Source: Propionibacteriaceae bacterium (lineage in GTDB: Bacteria; Actinomycetota; Actinomycetes; Propionibacteriales; Propionibacteriaceae). From it: DNA of 32,000 bases. Where the stretch lies: assembly GCA_031256725.1 (NCBI GenBank), contig JAIRQE010000006.1, positions 60,001 to 92,000 of the forward strand, in the 5' to 3' direction. This document shows positions 17,345 through 27,879 of the stretch, one piece after another. The first letter of the stretch is position 1; each line of letters opens with the position of its first letter. The notes beneath the pieces are model-generated. The model saw only the letters and a program-made list of their open reading frames with translations. It had not been told where the DNA came from and searched no databases. A program made the position numbers and the translations under genes.

Positions 17345-17683
17345 ATGACGAATGTGCAAGAAGGCATCACAAGTCCACCTATCGATGAGCTCCTAGACAA
17401 AGTCGACTCCAAGTATCGTCTTGTGTTGTTTGCTGCACGCCGTGCACGTCAGATTAACGCCTATTACTCACAGTTGGGTGAGGGACTCTTGGAGAATGTT
17501 GGTCCTCTAGTTGATGCCAACTCTCAGGAAAAGCCCCTGTCGATTGCATTAAGAGAGATCGATTCGGATCTTCTCGAATGTCAGGAAATTGATCCTGAGA
17601 CTGAGGCCGCCGCTCGCGAAGAGGCTCTCAAAGAGTCTGCTTTCGACTTCACGAATCCTTTCGCTGAACCAAATCTGACATAG
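17345..17683 (+). CDS. rpoZ: RNA polymerase omega subunit
   Basis: [29 protein letters not shown]. Confidence 0.9.
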   Translation: MTNVQEGITSPPIDELLDKVDSKYRLVLFAARRARQINAYYSQLGEGLLENVGPLVDANSQEKPLSIALREIDSDLLECQEIDPETEAAAREEALKESAFDFTNPFAEPNLT

Positions 17684-17698
17684 TCAGCTGACATAGTC
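17675..17698 (+). repeat. Tandem 13-bp duplication CTGACATAGTCAG / CTGACATAGTCGC spanning the rpoZ stop codon
   Basis: Read directly. The 11-nt core CTGACATAGTC occurs at 17675-17685 and 17688-17698. Confidence 0.8.
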
Positions 17699-17771
17699 GC
17701 AGAACTCGACTCAAATCTGTCGTGAGCAACGTATAGGATAGTCCTATTCGTGTGAGGATGAAGGAGTCCCT

Positions 17772-18953
17772 GTGCAGAAATTGTTTACCTCTGAGTCGGT
17801 AACTGAGGGTCATCCTGACAAGATGGCTGATGCCATATCCGACTCCATCCTTGACGCTCTATTGACACAGGATCCCTCCAGTCGAGTGGCTGTGGAAACC
17901 CTTCTCACTACGGGTACGGTCGTGGTCGCTGGAGAGGTGACCACTGAGGGATATGCAGACATTGCTCAGATTGTTCGTGACACAGTCTTGGACATTGGGT
18001 ATTGCTCATCTAAGGTCGGCTTTGATGGGAATTCCTGTGGTGTTCTTGTTGCCATTGGTAATCAGTCTCCCGATATTGCCCAAGGTGTTGATCAAGCCGA
18101 GGAAACTCGTGAAGGCTCTACTGAGGCCTATGATCTTCAAGGTGCTGGTGATCAGGGGTTGATGTTTGGTTATGCTTGTCGAGAGACCGAGTCTTTGATG
18201 CCTCTACCCATCCATCTCGCCCATCGACTATCGGAACAACTGGCTGCGGTTCGCAAATCGGGAACTGTTGACTATCTTCGCCCAGATGGCAAGACCCAGG
18301 TCACGATCGGCTATGAGAATGGTGTGCCTGTTGGGTTGAATACTGTTGTGGTCTCTACTCAACATGATCCTGAAGTGGATCAGTCTCAGATTCGATCAGA
18401 CCTCATCGATCAGGTTATTTCTCCCATTATGAGTGGGGCTGGATTCGATCTCGATGGTGTTGAAATCTTCGTTAATCCAACGGGGCAGTTCGTCATCGGT
18501 GGCCCCAAGGGGGATGCTGGGGTGACTGGTCGCAAGATCATCGTGGACACCTACGGTGGCATGGCTCGCCATGGTGGTGGCGCCTTCTCTGGTAAGGATC
18601 CCTCCAAAGTGGATCGCTCTGCTGCGTATGCTATGAGGTGGGTTGCCAAGAATGTTGTGGCTGCTGGTTTGGCGGATCGCTGCGAGGTTCAGGTGGCCTA
18701 TGCTATTGGTCGGGCTCACCCCATGGGTCTTTATGTGAACTGTTTTGATACTCACAAGGTTGATGAGGCTTCTATTCAGAAGGCCATCACTCAGGTTTTC
18801 GATCTACGTCCTAGAGCTATCATCGATCAGCTTGATCTTCTTCGTCCTATTTATTCCCAGGTCACTAACTACGGCCACTTCGGTCGAGATCTTGAAGTCA
18901 TGACATGGGAGAAAACCAATCGGGTGGAGGCTCTCACCGCAGCACTGCGATGA
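17772..18953 (+). CDS. metK: S-adenosylmethionine synthetase
   Basis: [23 protein letters not shown] start with SD GAAGGAG 6 nt upstream. Confidence 0.95.
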   Translation: MQKLFTSESVTEGHPDKMADAISDSILDALLTQDPSSRVAVETLLTTGTVVVAGEVTTEGYADIAQIVRDTVLDIGYCSSKVGFDGNSCGVLVAIGNQSPDIAQGVDQAEETREGSTEAYDLQGAGDQGLMFGYACRETESLMPLPIHLAHRLSEQLAAVRKSGTVDYLRPDGKTQVTIGYENGVPVGLNTVVVSTQHDPEVDQSQIRSDLIDQVISPIMSGAGFDLDGVEIFVNPTGQFVIGGPKGDAGVTGRKIIVDTYGGMARHGGGAFSGKDPSKVDRSAAYAMRWVAKNVVAAGLADRCEVQVAYAIGRAHPMGLYVNCFDTHKVDEASIQKAITQVFDLRPRAIIDQLDLLRPIYSQVTNYGHFGRDLEVMTWEKTNRVEALTAALR

Positions 18954-20884
18954 TTGCCCAGGTCTACGTTGATGTGGGGGTGCCACATCTGGATCGTAGG
19001 TTCGACTACTCGGTGCCAGCCGACCTTGAATCCTCGGTACGTCCAGGAATCCGTGTGAAGGTGGTTTTCAATAACCGTACCTTGTCTGGTTTTGTGGTGG
19101 GTCTTTGTGACACCAGCGATCACGAGAATCTCAGCGACCTATCCAAGGTTGTCTCTGAAGAGGTTGTGATGCCTGAAGAATCTGTGAGACTCATCAGAGC
19201 AGTTGCGGATCATTGCGCGGGTACCTTCATGGATGTGGCTCGGTTGGCGATCCCTCCGAGGTATGCACGAGCCGAGAAGGTGGCCATGGCTGTGCTTGAC
19301 CAGGATATGGAACCTCAGCCCCGCAAGCCAGGTGTCCTGGATCTCTACCCATATGGCTCCGGTTTTCGACAGGCCCTGAGGCAGGGGAAGTCTCCTCGTA
19401 CAGCATGGACTCTCGCTCCAACTGCGGCGTCTGAGGGTGACTGGGTTCAGGGTCTCACAGAACTTACTCAAGACACTGTGGCAGGTGGAAGGGGGGTACT
19501 CATCCTTGTACCAGATGCCAAGGATTGTGAGCGGGCTGTAGCCTTAGTGTCGAGTGTTATGGACCCACAGCTGGTGGTGTCTCTGTCTGCCGCCAAGGGG
19601 CCTCAGGCCCGGTACACAGCTTTTTTAAAGGCCACTCGTGGTCAGGCTCGTGTTGTGATCGGTACCCGAGCTGCCGCTTATACCCCTGTGAGAAATTTGG
19701 GGTTGATTGCCGTTTGGGATGAATCGGACTCATCCTTCAATGAACCGCATTTTCCCTATCCATCAGTTCGTGATCTTGTGGCTATTAGGGCAACTCAAAC
19801 TGGGTGTGCTGTGGTGTTTGCCTCCTATTCCCGTTCAACAGAAATTGAGAACTGGGTGGATCGGGATTGGTTGAAACAGATCCACCTTCCCACCAATCAA
19901 TCAAGTTTTCTAGCACCTCAGATTCGTGTAGCCTCCCAGGATGATCGATCTTTGGATCGAGACCAAGCAGCACGGGTCTCACGCCTGCCCCATGATGCCT
20001 TCGCTCAGATCCGTGCCGGATTGAAGACTGGGCCTGTTCTGGTCGCTGTACCATGGGTGGGACATCGCAGGAATTTCTTATGTACCACCTGTGGTGATCC
20101 CATGAAATGTCCATGTGGGGGAGGGTTCTCAGAGAAATCTGCAGGTGGTCTCTCCTGTCAGGTATGCGGGTCTTCCGCTCAAGGATGGATGTGCGCTTGT
20201 GGGGGGAAGCGCTGGAAGGCGTTAACGATCGGGTCCGTTCGTACTGCTGAAGAACTGATGAACTCTTTCAAAACCACCCAGGTTTTACGTTCCGATTCTG
20301 CGACCCCCATTGAAACCCTTCCAAGCGATCCTGCTTTGGTCATTGCCACTCCAGGATGTGAGCCAAAGGTTGAAGGTGGGTATTCCGCGGCAGTGATTCT
20401 TGATGCGGCAGATGTTCTTGCACGTCCAGATATTCGTGCGGGAGAGAAAGCCGTACACCGCTGGCTCACTGTGTTTTCTCTGGTCAAACCTGGTAAGGAT
20501 GGGGGAAGCGTACTCATTGTGGGGCCTCCAGGTGAACGGGCAATCCAAGCAGTCTTACGGTGTGATCCTGTGGGTTTTGCTGCTCGTGAACTTGAGGATC
20601 GGCGTGAGGCAGGGTTCCCACCAGCGACTCGGATGGCCACCTTTGTTGGTGCTGATCACGCAGTCGCTGAGGCCGCCAAGACTCTGGGGGAGGCGGGCTA
20701 TGTGGAGGTACTAGGGCCTGTCCATGAGATCGATTCTGACCAGGTGCGACTTATCGCACGGGTACCAGCATCCAGGGGGAGGCAGTTTGCGGAACTTGTG
20801 TCGATCATGGCGATAGGTCGATCCTCATCCAAGAGAAGGGGTATGCTCACCTGGAGACTGGATCCCGATTGGTTAGGAGGGTAA
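18950..20884 (+). CDS. priA: Primosomal protein N' (PriA), actinobacterial form with a degenerate Walker A
   Basis: [30 protein letters not shown] (motif II) and a Cys cluster CTTC..CPC..CQVC..CAC. I prefer ATG18950, which gives an ATGA overlap with the metK stop. The longest ORF starts at 18905. Confidence 0.85.
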   Translation: MIAQVYVDVGVPHLDRRFDYSVPADLESSVRPGIRVKVVFNNRTLSGFVVGLCDTSDHENLSDLSKVVSEEVVMPEESVRLIRAVADHCAGTFMDVARLAIPPRYARAEKVAMAVLDQDMEPQPRKPGVLDLYPYGSGFRQALRQGKSPRTAWTLAPTAASEGDWVQGLTELTQDTVAGGRGVLILVPDAKDCERAVALVSSVMDPQLVVSLSAAKGPQARYTAFLKATRGQARVVIGTRAAAYTPVRNLGLIAVWDESDSSFNEPHFPYPSVRDLVAIRATQTGCAVVFASYSRSTEIENWVDRDWLKQIHLPTNQSSFLAPQIRVASQDDRSLDRDQAARVSRLPHDAFAQIRAGLKTGPVLVAVPWVGHRRNFLCTTCGDPMKCPCGGGFSEKSAGGLSCQVCGSSAQGWMCACGGKRWKALTIGSVRTAEELMNSFKTTQVLRSDSATPIETLPSDPALVIATPGCEPKVEGGYSAAVILDAADVLARPDIRAGEKAVHRWLTVFSLVKPGKDGGSVLIVGPPGERAIQAVLRCDPVGFAARELEDRREAGFPPATRMATFVGADHAVAEAAKTLGEAGYVEVLGPVHEIDSDQVRLIARVPASRGRQFAELVSIMAIGRSSSKRRGMLTWRLDPDWLGG

Positions 20885-20888
20885 CGAC

Positions 20889-21854
20889 ATGAGAATGATT
20901 TTCGCAGGTACACCTGCTGCGGCTCTTCCAGTGGTGGAGACTTTAAGCCAGATTCATGAGATTTCTGCTGTACTCACCCGCCCCCCAGCACCTCTTGGGA
21001 GAAGCTCAAAACTTGTGCCGTCTCCTGTTGAGCAGTGGGCTCGGGATTGCAATGTGGAGGTACTCGCACCCACACGAATGCGTGATCCACACTTCGTTGA
21101 TCGTATTCGTGAGATAGCTCCAGAGGTATGTCCTGTGGTGGCCTTCGGTGGAATGATCACTGACGAGTTGTTGAGGATCCCTCCCCGGGGGTGGATCAAT
21201 CTCCATTACTCATTGTTGCCTGCCTTTCGAGGGGCTGCACCTGTGCAACGTGCTCTTCTTGAAGGGGTCAAGACAACAGGTGTGACCGTTTTCAAAATCG
21301 TGAAGGCTTTGGATGCAGGGCCGTGGTTTGTCCAACGCGAGGTTGAGGTTGAGGATCACGAAACAGCAGGTGATCTGTTGGATCGATTGTCTATCCTGGG
21401 AGCTCAGGCCATGGTTGATGGGCTGGATCTCGCTGAAAAGGGAATTGTTCCATCTCAACAATCAGCGACAGGGATCACCCTGGCCCCCAAGTTCACAGTC
21501 AAGGATGCCCGATTGGATATGGGCGCTCCGGCCCAAGAAATCGTTCATCGAATCCGAGCCATGAGCCCAGAACCTGGGGCATGGGCAATGCTGGGTGAGC
21601 AAAGGTTCAAGATCTTGCGAGCTCAAGTGGCTTACGACAGTGATCAGACTCTCCAAACTGCGATGATAGGCAACGCATATCAGGATAGGATCGGGGCAAT
21701 TCTTCCGACCAAGAAGAAGATTTACTGTAGGACCATCGATGGATGGATTGAACTCATCCAGGTTCAGGCAGTTGGTAAGAAACCTATGGTTGGTGCTGAT
21801 TGGGCTCGCGGTGTACTAGGTCATGATAGGGAGGGGGTGCCATCTCTTGGCTGA
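20889..21854 (+). CDS. fmt: Methionyl-tRNA formyltransferase
   Basis: MRMIFAGTP.. and HYSLLPAFRGAAPVQRAL. SD GGAGG lies upstream. Confidence 0.9.
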   Translation: MRMIFAGTPAAALPVVETLSQIHEISAVLTRPPAPLGRSSKLVPSPVEQWARDCNVEVLAPTRMRDPHFVDRIREIAPEVCPVVAFGGMITDELLRIPPRGWINLHYSLLPAFRGAAPVQRALLEGVKTTGVTVFKIVKALDAGPWFVQREVEVEDHETAGDLLDRLSILGAQAMVDGLDLAEKGIVPSQQSATGITLAPKFTVKDARLDMGAPAQEIVHRIRAMSPEPGAWAMLGEQRFKILRAQVAYDSDQTLQTAMIGNAYQDRIGAILPTKKKIYCRTIDGWIELIQVQAVGKKPMVGADWARGVLGHDREGVPSLG

Positions 21855-23184
21855 GAAAGTGGACCCAGCACGCACAGCAGCCTTTGCCGCATTGAAACTC
21901 ATCCGCGAGGGTGGTTATGCCAACCTGTCGCTCAAGGAGGTGCTATCTCAGTCCCGCCTGTCTACCTTGGATGCAGGCTTCGTGACTGAACTTGTATACG
22001 GAGTATGTCGAGGCATGGGAACCCTAGATCTCGTTATTGAGGCCGCCTCTGGACGCAAACTCTCCACCCTTCAACCAGGAGTTGTGGATATTGCGAGGTT
22101 GGGAACTGAGCAGTTGCTGAGAATGAGGGTTCCTTCTCATGCAGCAGTATCCTCCTCGGTGGATCTTGCCAAGACAAGGATTAGCCCACGTGTAACAGGT
22201 GTGGTCAACGCCATCCTCAGGCGGGTGGCTGAGAAAACCTGGGATGAGTGGATCGTACAGATCACCTCAGGAATGACTAAGCGAGAAGCCTTGGCCATAC
22301 AAGCCTGCCACCCTAAGTGGATTGTGGATGTGTACGCAGACTGCCTTCCCGAGGCGGAACTTCTCCCAGCTTTGGAAGCCAACAACCACCCTCCAGTACC
22401 CACATTGGTTGCACGACCGACTCTCATCTCTCGTGAAGACTTGGTTGACCATAGTGGTGGAGAACCGACACCCTACTCCCCATGGGGGGTTATCCGGCCA
22501 GGGGACCCGAGTGAGGTTGAGGCGGTCCGCGATGGTAGAGCTGGGGTACAAGATGAGGGTTCACAATTGGTCGCGGGGCTATTAGCTCAGGTCGAAGCAC
22601 CTCAAGGTCAGTGGTTGGATCTGTGTTCAGGCCCAGGAGGGAAGACAGCCCTTCTCACTGGGCTGGCTCGTGAATTTAAAGAGATCCTCACAGCAGTTGA
22701 GCTTCACCCTCATCGGGCTGATCTCGTGGCGGAGGCTTTGAGAGCCTACCCAGATCCAGGTGAGGTGCTCGTTGGTGATGGACGTACTCCTGAATTGGGA
22801 AGGATTTTCTCTCGAGTGCTTGTGGATGCGCCGTGTACGGGTCTTGGTGCTCTTCGACGCCGACCTGAGGCCCGGTGGCGAAAGATGGCTGAGGATCTCA
22901 CAGAACTCACTACTATACAAAAAGAACTCTTGGCCTCAGCCTGTGCCTCAGCTGTACCTGGGGCGGTGGTGGCCTACGTCACCTGCTCGCCTCATCTCCG
23001 CGAGACGGCCCAGGTAGTTCAATCTGTGAGCCCAGGAATAGAAATCCTGGATGCCCCAGGTTTTCTTCCACAGGTACCAAATACCCAAGCATCCTCGGAC
23101 CCTAGATTTCTCCAGCTATGGCCTCACCGCCATGGTACTGATGCTATGTTTTGCGCCTTGCTAAGAATGCCAGACTCGTTTTAG
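21823..23184 (+). CDS. rsmB: 16S rRNA m5C methyltransferase (RsmB/Fmu family)
   Basis: [37 protein letters not shown] and VTCSPHLRE. The start is uncertain: ATG21823 overlaps fmt by 32 nt, and TTG21847 or GTG21859 are possible. Confidence 0.8.
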   Translation: MIGRGCHLLAEKVDPARTAAFAALKLIREGGYANLSLKEVLSQSRLSTLDAGFVTELVYGVCRGMGTLDLVIEAASGRKLSTLQPGVVDIARLGTEQLLRMRVPSHAAVSSSVDLAKTRISPRVTGVVNAILRRVAEKTWDEWIVQITSGMTKREALAIQACHPKWIVDVYADCLPEAELLPALEANNHPPVPTLVARPTLISREDLVDHSGGEPTPYSPWGVIRPGDPSEVEAVRDGRAGVQDEGSQLVAGLLAQVEAPQGQWLDLCSGPGGKTALLTGLAREFKEILTAVELHPHRADLVAEALRAYPDPGEVLVGDGRTPELGRIFSRVLVDAPCTGLGALRRRPEARWRKMAEDLTELTTIQKELLASACASAVPGAVVAYVTCSPHLRETAQVVQSVSPGIEILDAPGFLPQVPNTQASSDPRFLQLWPHRHGTDAMFCALLRMPDSF

Positions 23185-24224
23185 CCCAGAGCGGCGATGA
23201 TCGCGTCACCAATCTCGAAAGTGGATCGTGTGAGCCCGATAGTTGCTGCAATATCGGCTTCCACGGCTGCTCGGATCGTGGAAGCATCCTTGGCGAACCC
23301 GAGATGATCCAACATCATGGCCCCGGAAAGAATCGCTGCCCGAGGATCAGCGATCCCCTTCCCAGCGATGTCTGGTGCGGAACCATGTACAGGCTCAAAC
23401 ATTGAGGGATAAGTTCCCGAAACATTCAGATTTGCGGAGGCTGCGAGCCCTATACCACCTGTGACTGCAGCAGCCTCATCAGTGAGAATGTCACCAAAAA
23501 GATTGTCGGTAACAATCACATCGAAGCGATCAGGTTGGGTGACCAGGCAGATGGTTGCTGCATCAATGTGAAGATAATCAGTTGTCACATCGGTGTACTT
23601 TTCGCCCACCTCGGCGACGATTCGACGCCATAGCCCGCCAGCATTGACGAGTACATTGTGCTTGTGAACAAGGGTCAGTTTCTTGTTTCGTGTACGCGCC
23701 AAGTCGAAGGCATAACGTACAACCCTCTCAACTCCATAGGCTGTGTTGATGCTGACCTCAGTGGCGATTTCTTCACTAGTTCCGGTACGCACACTGCCAC
23801 CATTGCCACAGTACAAACCCTCTGTACCTTCGCGAACAACGACGAAGTCGATGTTTTTGCCGGCAACAATTGGGTCGGACAGGGGAGTGGGTAGTCCTGG
23901 GTAGAGCTTGGATGGGCGCAGGTTCACGGCGTGATCGAAGGCAAAGCGAAGCTTCAACAGTAGTCCGCGTTCGAGTAGGCCGGAGGGGATCTGTGTGGAA
24001 CCAGGTGCGGCACCCACTGCTCCAAGAAGGATCGCATCTGCTTGCGCGAGGCGTGCGAGGGTTTCATCACTGAGTACCTCCCCTGTCGAGAGCCAATGTT
24101 CGGCTCCAAGCGCATGGGTTTCAAAGGTGAATCCAGGATGTACGAGGTCTACGATTCGGGTTGTTTGAGCCATGACCTCGGGCCCAATACCATCTCCAGG
24201 GATGACTGCGATCAGCGTATTCAT
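23181..24224 (-). CDS. leuB: 3-isopropylmalate dehydrogenase
   Basis: [17 protein letters not shown] and [14 protein letters not shown] prefer ATG24224 because TAGGCT lies 7 nt upstream. The longest ORF (TTG) starts at 24242. Confidence 0.9.
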   Translation of the reverse strand: MNTLIAVIPGDGIGPEVMAQTTRIVDLVHPGFTFETHALGAEHWLSTGEVLSDETLARLAQADAILLGAVGAAPGSTQIPSGLLERGLLLKLRFAFDHAVNLRPSKLYPGLPTPLSDPIVAGKNIDFVVVREGTEGLYCGNGGSVRTGTSEEIATEVSINTAYGVERVVRYAFDLARTRNKKLTLVHKHNVLVNAGGLWRRIVAEVGEKYTDVTTDYLHIDAATICLVTQPDRFDVIVTDNLFGDILTDEAAAVTGGIGLAASANLNVSGTYPSMFEPVHGSAPDIAGKGIADPRAAILSGAMMLDHLGFAKDASTIRAAVEADIAATIGLTRSTFEIGDAIIAALG

Positions 24225-24231
24225 AGGGGTA

Positions 24232-24237
24232 AGCCTA
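24232..24237 (-). promoter_or_regulatory. -10 box TAGGCT, 7 nt upstream of the leuB ATG (leaderless candidate)
   Basis: Minus strand reads TAGGCT-TACCCCT-ATG. Confidence 0.4.
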
Positions 24238-24349
24238 AGCAATGTCCATGATTTGGGAATGAGTGGATTACCTGACGAGACAGATATGAAGGAGAAATAT
24301 AAATTGTTTCCCTTTCTTGGACACCCAAATTCCTTCAGTTGCGCTGAGG

Positions 24350-24355
24350 TACGCT
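24350..24355 (+). promoter_or_regulatory. -10 box TACGCT, 6 nt upstream of the ilvE ATG (leaderless candidate)
   Basis: TACGCT-ATCCCC-ATG. No SD is present. Confidence 0.35.
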
Positions 24356-24361
24356 ATCCCC

Positions 24362-25465
24362 ATGTCTCTTCCATTTGACCTCGTCTCGGATACGAACCGT
24401 GTCTGTGCTGAACGACTTGCCCAGATTCTTAAGAATCCAGGATTTGTGGACTATTTCTCAGACCACATGGCTCACGCCACATGGACAAAGACCGAAGGCT
24501 GGACGGACTCCAGAATAGAGAACTACCACGCCCTCCAGATGCCCCCAGGTACGGCCGTCTTCCACTATGGCCAAGAGATCTTCGAGGGAATGAAGGTCTA
24601 TCGTCATAGCGATGGAAGCATTTGGCTCTTCCGCCCTGAGATGAATGCTCGACGATTCAACAGATCCGCGATCAGGATGGATCTTCCTGAGCTTCCCGAA
24701 GAAGACTTTCTCACCTCTGTACACCGTCTCTCGCGCATTGATGAGGCATGGGTGCCCTCAGGCCAGGAGATGAGCTACTATCTGCGTCCCTTCATGTTCG
24801 CGAATGATGAGTTCCTTGGTGTGAAGTCTGCATCCCGAGTCTCATATCTGGTTATCGGTGGCCCTGCTGCTCCCTATCTTGCCGATGGGCTCACACCTGT
24901 GGACATCTGGGTGACCACTCAGTACTCCCGGACAGGTGATGCTGGTACAGGTGCAGCAAAGTGCGGCGGGAACTATGCAGGCGCGCTCATCGCTCAACGT
25001 GAGGGAGCCGACCACGGATGTTCTCAGGTGCTCTTCACCGACGCCGCAACCCACACGTGGATTGAGGAACTCGGTGGAATGAACTTCTGTGTCGTCACCC
25101 GTGATAACACTCTCATCACCCCTCCAACATCAGGGACAATCCTCGAAGGGATTACCCGAGATTCGATTCTCACCCTCGCTCCCGATTTGGGTCTGACAGT
25201 GGATGTACGCCCTCTGTCCGCCAAGGAACTCTTTTCCAAGGCCCTTGATGGTGAAATCCGCGAGGCCTTCGCCTGTGGTACTGCTGCTGCCGTGACTCCC
25301 ATTGGTCGCCTGCTGTATTCAGAGAACAACCAGGTGAAGACTGTACCCCTGCCTCAACCGCTGGGGGAGGCAACGCGTACCCTGCGTAATGCACTCGTAG
25401 ACATCCAATGGGGTCGTGCTGAGGATACCCATGGTTGGTTGAGTGAAGTGAGACAGAGTTCATGA
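24362..25465 (+). CDS. ilvE: Branched-chain amino acid aminotransferase
   Basis: HYGQEIFEGMKVYR. The N-terminus from MSLPFDLV aligns in length with mycobacterial IlvE as I recall it. The ORF track starts at TTG24317. Confidence 0.85.
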   Translation: MSLPFDLVSDTNRVCAERLAQILKNPGFVDYFSDHMAHATWTKTEGWTDSRIENYHALQMPPGTAVFHYGQEIFEGMKVYRHSDGSIWLFRPEMNARRFNRSAIRMDLPELPEEDFLTSVHRLSRIDEAWVPSGQEMSYYLRPFMFANDEFLGVKSASRVSYLVIGGPAAPYLADGLTPVDIWVTTQYSRTGDAGTGAAKCGGNYAGALIAQREGADHGCSQVLFTDAATHTWIEELGGMNFCVVTRDNTLITPPTSGTILEGITRDSILTLAPDLGLTVDVRPLSAKELFSKALDGEIREAFACGTAAAVTPIGRLLYSENNQVKTVPLPQPLGEATRTLRNALVDIQWGRAEDTHGWLSEVRQSS

Positions 25466-27045
25466 CTGCAATGATGAGAGTGGCTCAGCCTGATCCCTTC
25501 CACATCTTTGATACGACTCTCAGAGATGGTACCCAGCAAGAGGGTATTCGGATGACCGTACACGACAAGATCCGTGTAGCAGGTCTCCTTGATGATCTTG
25601 GAGTGACCTTCATTGAAGGTGGATGGCCTGGAGCAAACCCCAATGACACTGAGTTCTTCGCAACTGCTGCCACAGAACTCACCCTTAAGAACGCCACACT
25701 GGTGGCCTTTGGTGCAACCAGGCGAGTAGGGATGACGGCTGCCACAGATCCGCTCACTCAGGCTTTGCTTGATGCCCAAACCGAGGTTATCTGTGTGGTC
25801 GCGAAGTCCCATGATCGACATGTCACCCATGCGCTCAAGACCACACTTGAAGAGAACCTTGAGATGGTTCGCGATACAGTCACCTATTTGTGCTCTCAGG
25901 GACGGCGGGTCTTTGTTGACTGTGAACACTTTTTTAACGGGTACCTCGACAATCCCACCTACGCCAAATTGGTTGTTGCCACGGCCGCGGAGGCAGGCGC
26001 TGAGGTGGCTGTTCTCTGCGACACCAATGGGGGAATGCTGCCCGCAATGGTGACCGAGATTCTTTCTGATGTTGTACGACTTGGGGTTCCTCTTGGTATC
26101 CACTGTCACAATGACACGGGGTGTGCTGTCGCCAATACTATGGCGGCCATTGAGGCGGGTGCCATGCATATTCAGGGCACGATCAACGGCTATGGTGAAC
26201 GTACAGGCAACGCAGATCTCACAACCCTCATCGCAAACCTTAAGGTGAAGTACGGCTGGGATGTCATCACTGATGGAGCCTTGCAAGACCTCACCCTCAT
26301 CTCCCATTCCATAGCGGAGATCGCCAATCAGGCTCCCGCACCACGTCAGCCTTACGTCGGGATATCCAGCTTTGCTCACAAGGCAGGGCTTCATGCCTCA
26401 GCCATCAAGGTTGACGAGAATATGTACCAACATATTGACCCCAGCATCGTTGGCAATGGTATGAGGATGCTCATCTCGGATATGGCGGGCCGTGCCTCAA
26501 TCCAGATCAAAGCTGAGCAACTCGGACACGATCTATCCGACAAGGGAACTGCCTCCAAACTCGCAGACCTGATTAAGGATCGCGAACTAGCGGGGTACTC
26601 CTATGAGGCCGCCGATGCTTCCTTCGACCTCCTCATTCGTTCTGAACTTACTGGAGAGTCCCTTCCCTTCATGCTTCACGCCTGGAGGGTGTATACCGAT
26701 CAGGATGAGGATTCCCAGGCAGTAGTCAGGGTGAGTTTTGATGATGAGGCCCCGAAACCCTATGTGGGTGAGGGTAACGGTCCAGTGAACGCATTGGACC
26801 AGGCTCTAAGATCTGCGCTGACTCCTCGCTATCCCGTGATGTCCGAGATTGAGCTTTCCGACTATCGGGTACGTCTGCTTGACAATGGTCACGGTACGGA
26901 CGCCATCACTCGTGTACTCATCGATACGAGGATGGGGTTGAAAACCTGGACCACTGTCGGTGTTGGTGAGAATGTCATCGAAGCATCCTGGGAGGCACTA
27001 GTAGAAGCCTATGCCTACGCCATCACTGTCATCGGTTTGGACTGA
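25462..27045 (+). CDS. cimA: Citramalate synthase-type member of the isopropylmalate/homocitrate synthase family (short LeuA-related form)
   Basis: FHIFDTTLRDGTQQEGIRMTVHDKIRVAGLLDDLGVTFIEGGWPGANP and HCHNDTGCAVANT. At 527 aa it is shorter than actinobacterial LeuA. ATGA overlap with the ilvE stop. Confidence 0.65.
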   Translation: MTAMMRVAQPDPFHIFDTTLRDGTQQEGIRMTVHDKIRVAGLLDDLGVTFIEGGWPGANPNDTEFFATAATELTLKNATLVAFGATRRVGMTAATDPLTQALLDAQTEVICVVAKSHDRHVTHALKTTLEENLEMVRDTVTYLCSQGRRVFVDCEHFFNGYLDNPTYAKLVVATAAEAGAEVAVLCDTNGGMLPAMVTEILSDVVRLGVPLGIHCHNDTGCAVANTMAAIEAGAMHIQGTINGYGERTGNADLTTLIANLKVKYGWDVITDGALQDLTLISHSIAEIANQAPAPRQPYVGISSFAHKAGLHASAIKVDENMYQHIDPSIVGNGMRMLISDMAGRASIQIKAEQLGHDLSDKGTASKLADLIKDRELAGYSYEAADASFDLLIRSELTGESLPFMLHAWRVYTDQDEDSQAVVRVSFDDEAPKPYVGEGNGPVNALDQALRSALTPRYPVMSEIELSDYRVRLLDNGHGTDAITRVLIDTRMGLKTWTTVGVGENVIEASWEALVEAYAYAITVIGLD

Positions 27046-27072
27046 GTCAGACTTGGGACTGCAACACTCGAC

Positions 27073-27078
27073 TAAGCT
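27073..27078 (+). promoter_or_regulatory. -10 box TAAGCT, 6 nt upstream of the FAH-family ATG (leaderless candidate)
   Basis: TAAGCT-TGTCCC-ATG. Confidence 0.35.
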
Positions 27079-27084
27079 TGTCCC

Positions 27085-27879
27085 ATGAGAATTGCGCGCT
27101 ACAGTGTCGATGACACCATTCGTTATGGTGTCATCGATCTTGAGATTGATGGTACAGGCAACCCCGATACAGTCTCCGACCTCAGCGGTGACCCCTTCGC
27201 TGGCCCAGTCAAGCTTTCGGGGGTGAGACGTCTCCTAGAAGAGGTACGCCTCCTCGCTCCTGTACTACCGCGGTCCAAGGTCATCGGTGTTGCCAAAAAC
27301 TCTGCTCCCCTCGGTAGTGCACCATCCAAGGATTTGCCTCTGGTTTTTCTCAAGCCCAATACTTCTGTGATCGGTCCGGGGGAGGCCATCCAAGTACCTG
27401 GACTCAGCTCGAAAACAGTACTAGAAGCCGAACTGGCCATCGTCATCTCTCGCATTTGCAGGTCTGTACCTCCCGAACGGGTTCCAGAGGTGATTTTCGG
27501 GTACACCGCTGCCAACGATGTCACAGCCCTTGATCGCATGGGTGAGGGACTCGCATGGGGGGTCGCCAAAGGATTCGACACCTTCACCCCATTGGGCCCC
27601 TGGATCGTGACCCATCTCAGTATTGAAGAGGCCTCCAGTGTTAGCGTTGACTCGTTTATTGACGAGGATCTCACCACCCAAGGGTCAACGAAGACGCTGA
27701 TACACGGAATCGTGGATCTGGTCTGCTTCCTCTCCTCGGTGATGACCCTACTGCCTGGAGATGTGATCCTCACAGGAGCTCCTGGTGGGAATGCGCAGAT
27801 CCTTCCTGGGCAGACGGCCACCATCGAAGTGGAGCAGGTTGGTACCCTTTCTAATCCTGTGATCGGGGAAGATGTATGA
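27085..27879 (+). CDS. Fumarylacetoacetate hydrolase (FAH) family protein
   Basis: VFLKPNTSVIGPGEAIQVP...LEAELAIVISR...GAPGG, typical of FAH/HpcE-like proteins. Confidence 0.8.
   Translation: MRIARYSVDDTIRYGVIDLEIDGTGNPDTVSDLSGDPFAGPVKLSGVRRLLEEVRLLAPVLPRSKVIGVAKNSAPLGSAPSKDLPLVFLKPNTSVIGPGEAIQVPGLSSKTVLEAELAIVISRICRSVPPERVPEVIFGYTAANDVTALDRMGEGLAWGVAKGFDTFTPLGPWIVTHLSIEEASSVSVDSFIDEDLTTQGSTKTLIHGIVDLVCFLSSVMTLLPGDVILTGAPGGNAQILPGQTATIEVEQVGTLSNPVIGEDV

Noticed and set aside
17684-17771. SAM riboswitch upstream of metK
   Set aside because: The spacer is only 88 nt and shows no recognisable multi-helix SAM-aptamer arrangement.
25354-26394. 346-aa ORF antisense to ilvE/cimA
   Set aside because: It is a shadow ORF opposite well-supported conserved genes. 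The sequence is low-complexity and rich in Gly, Ser, Arg and Cys, with no recognisable motif.
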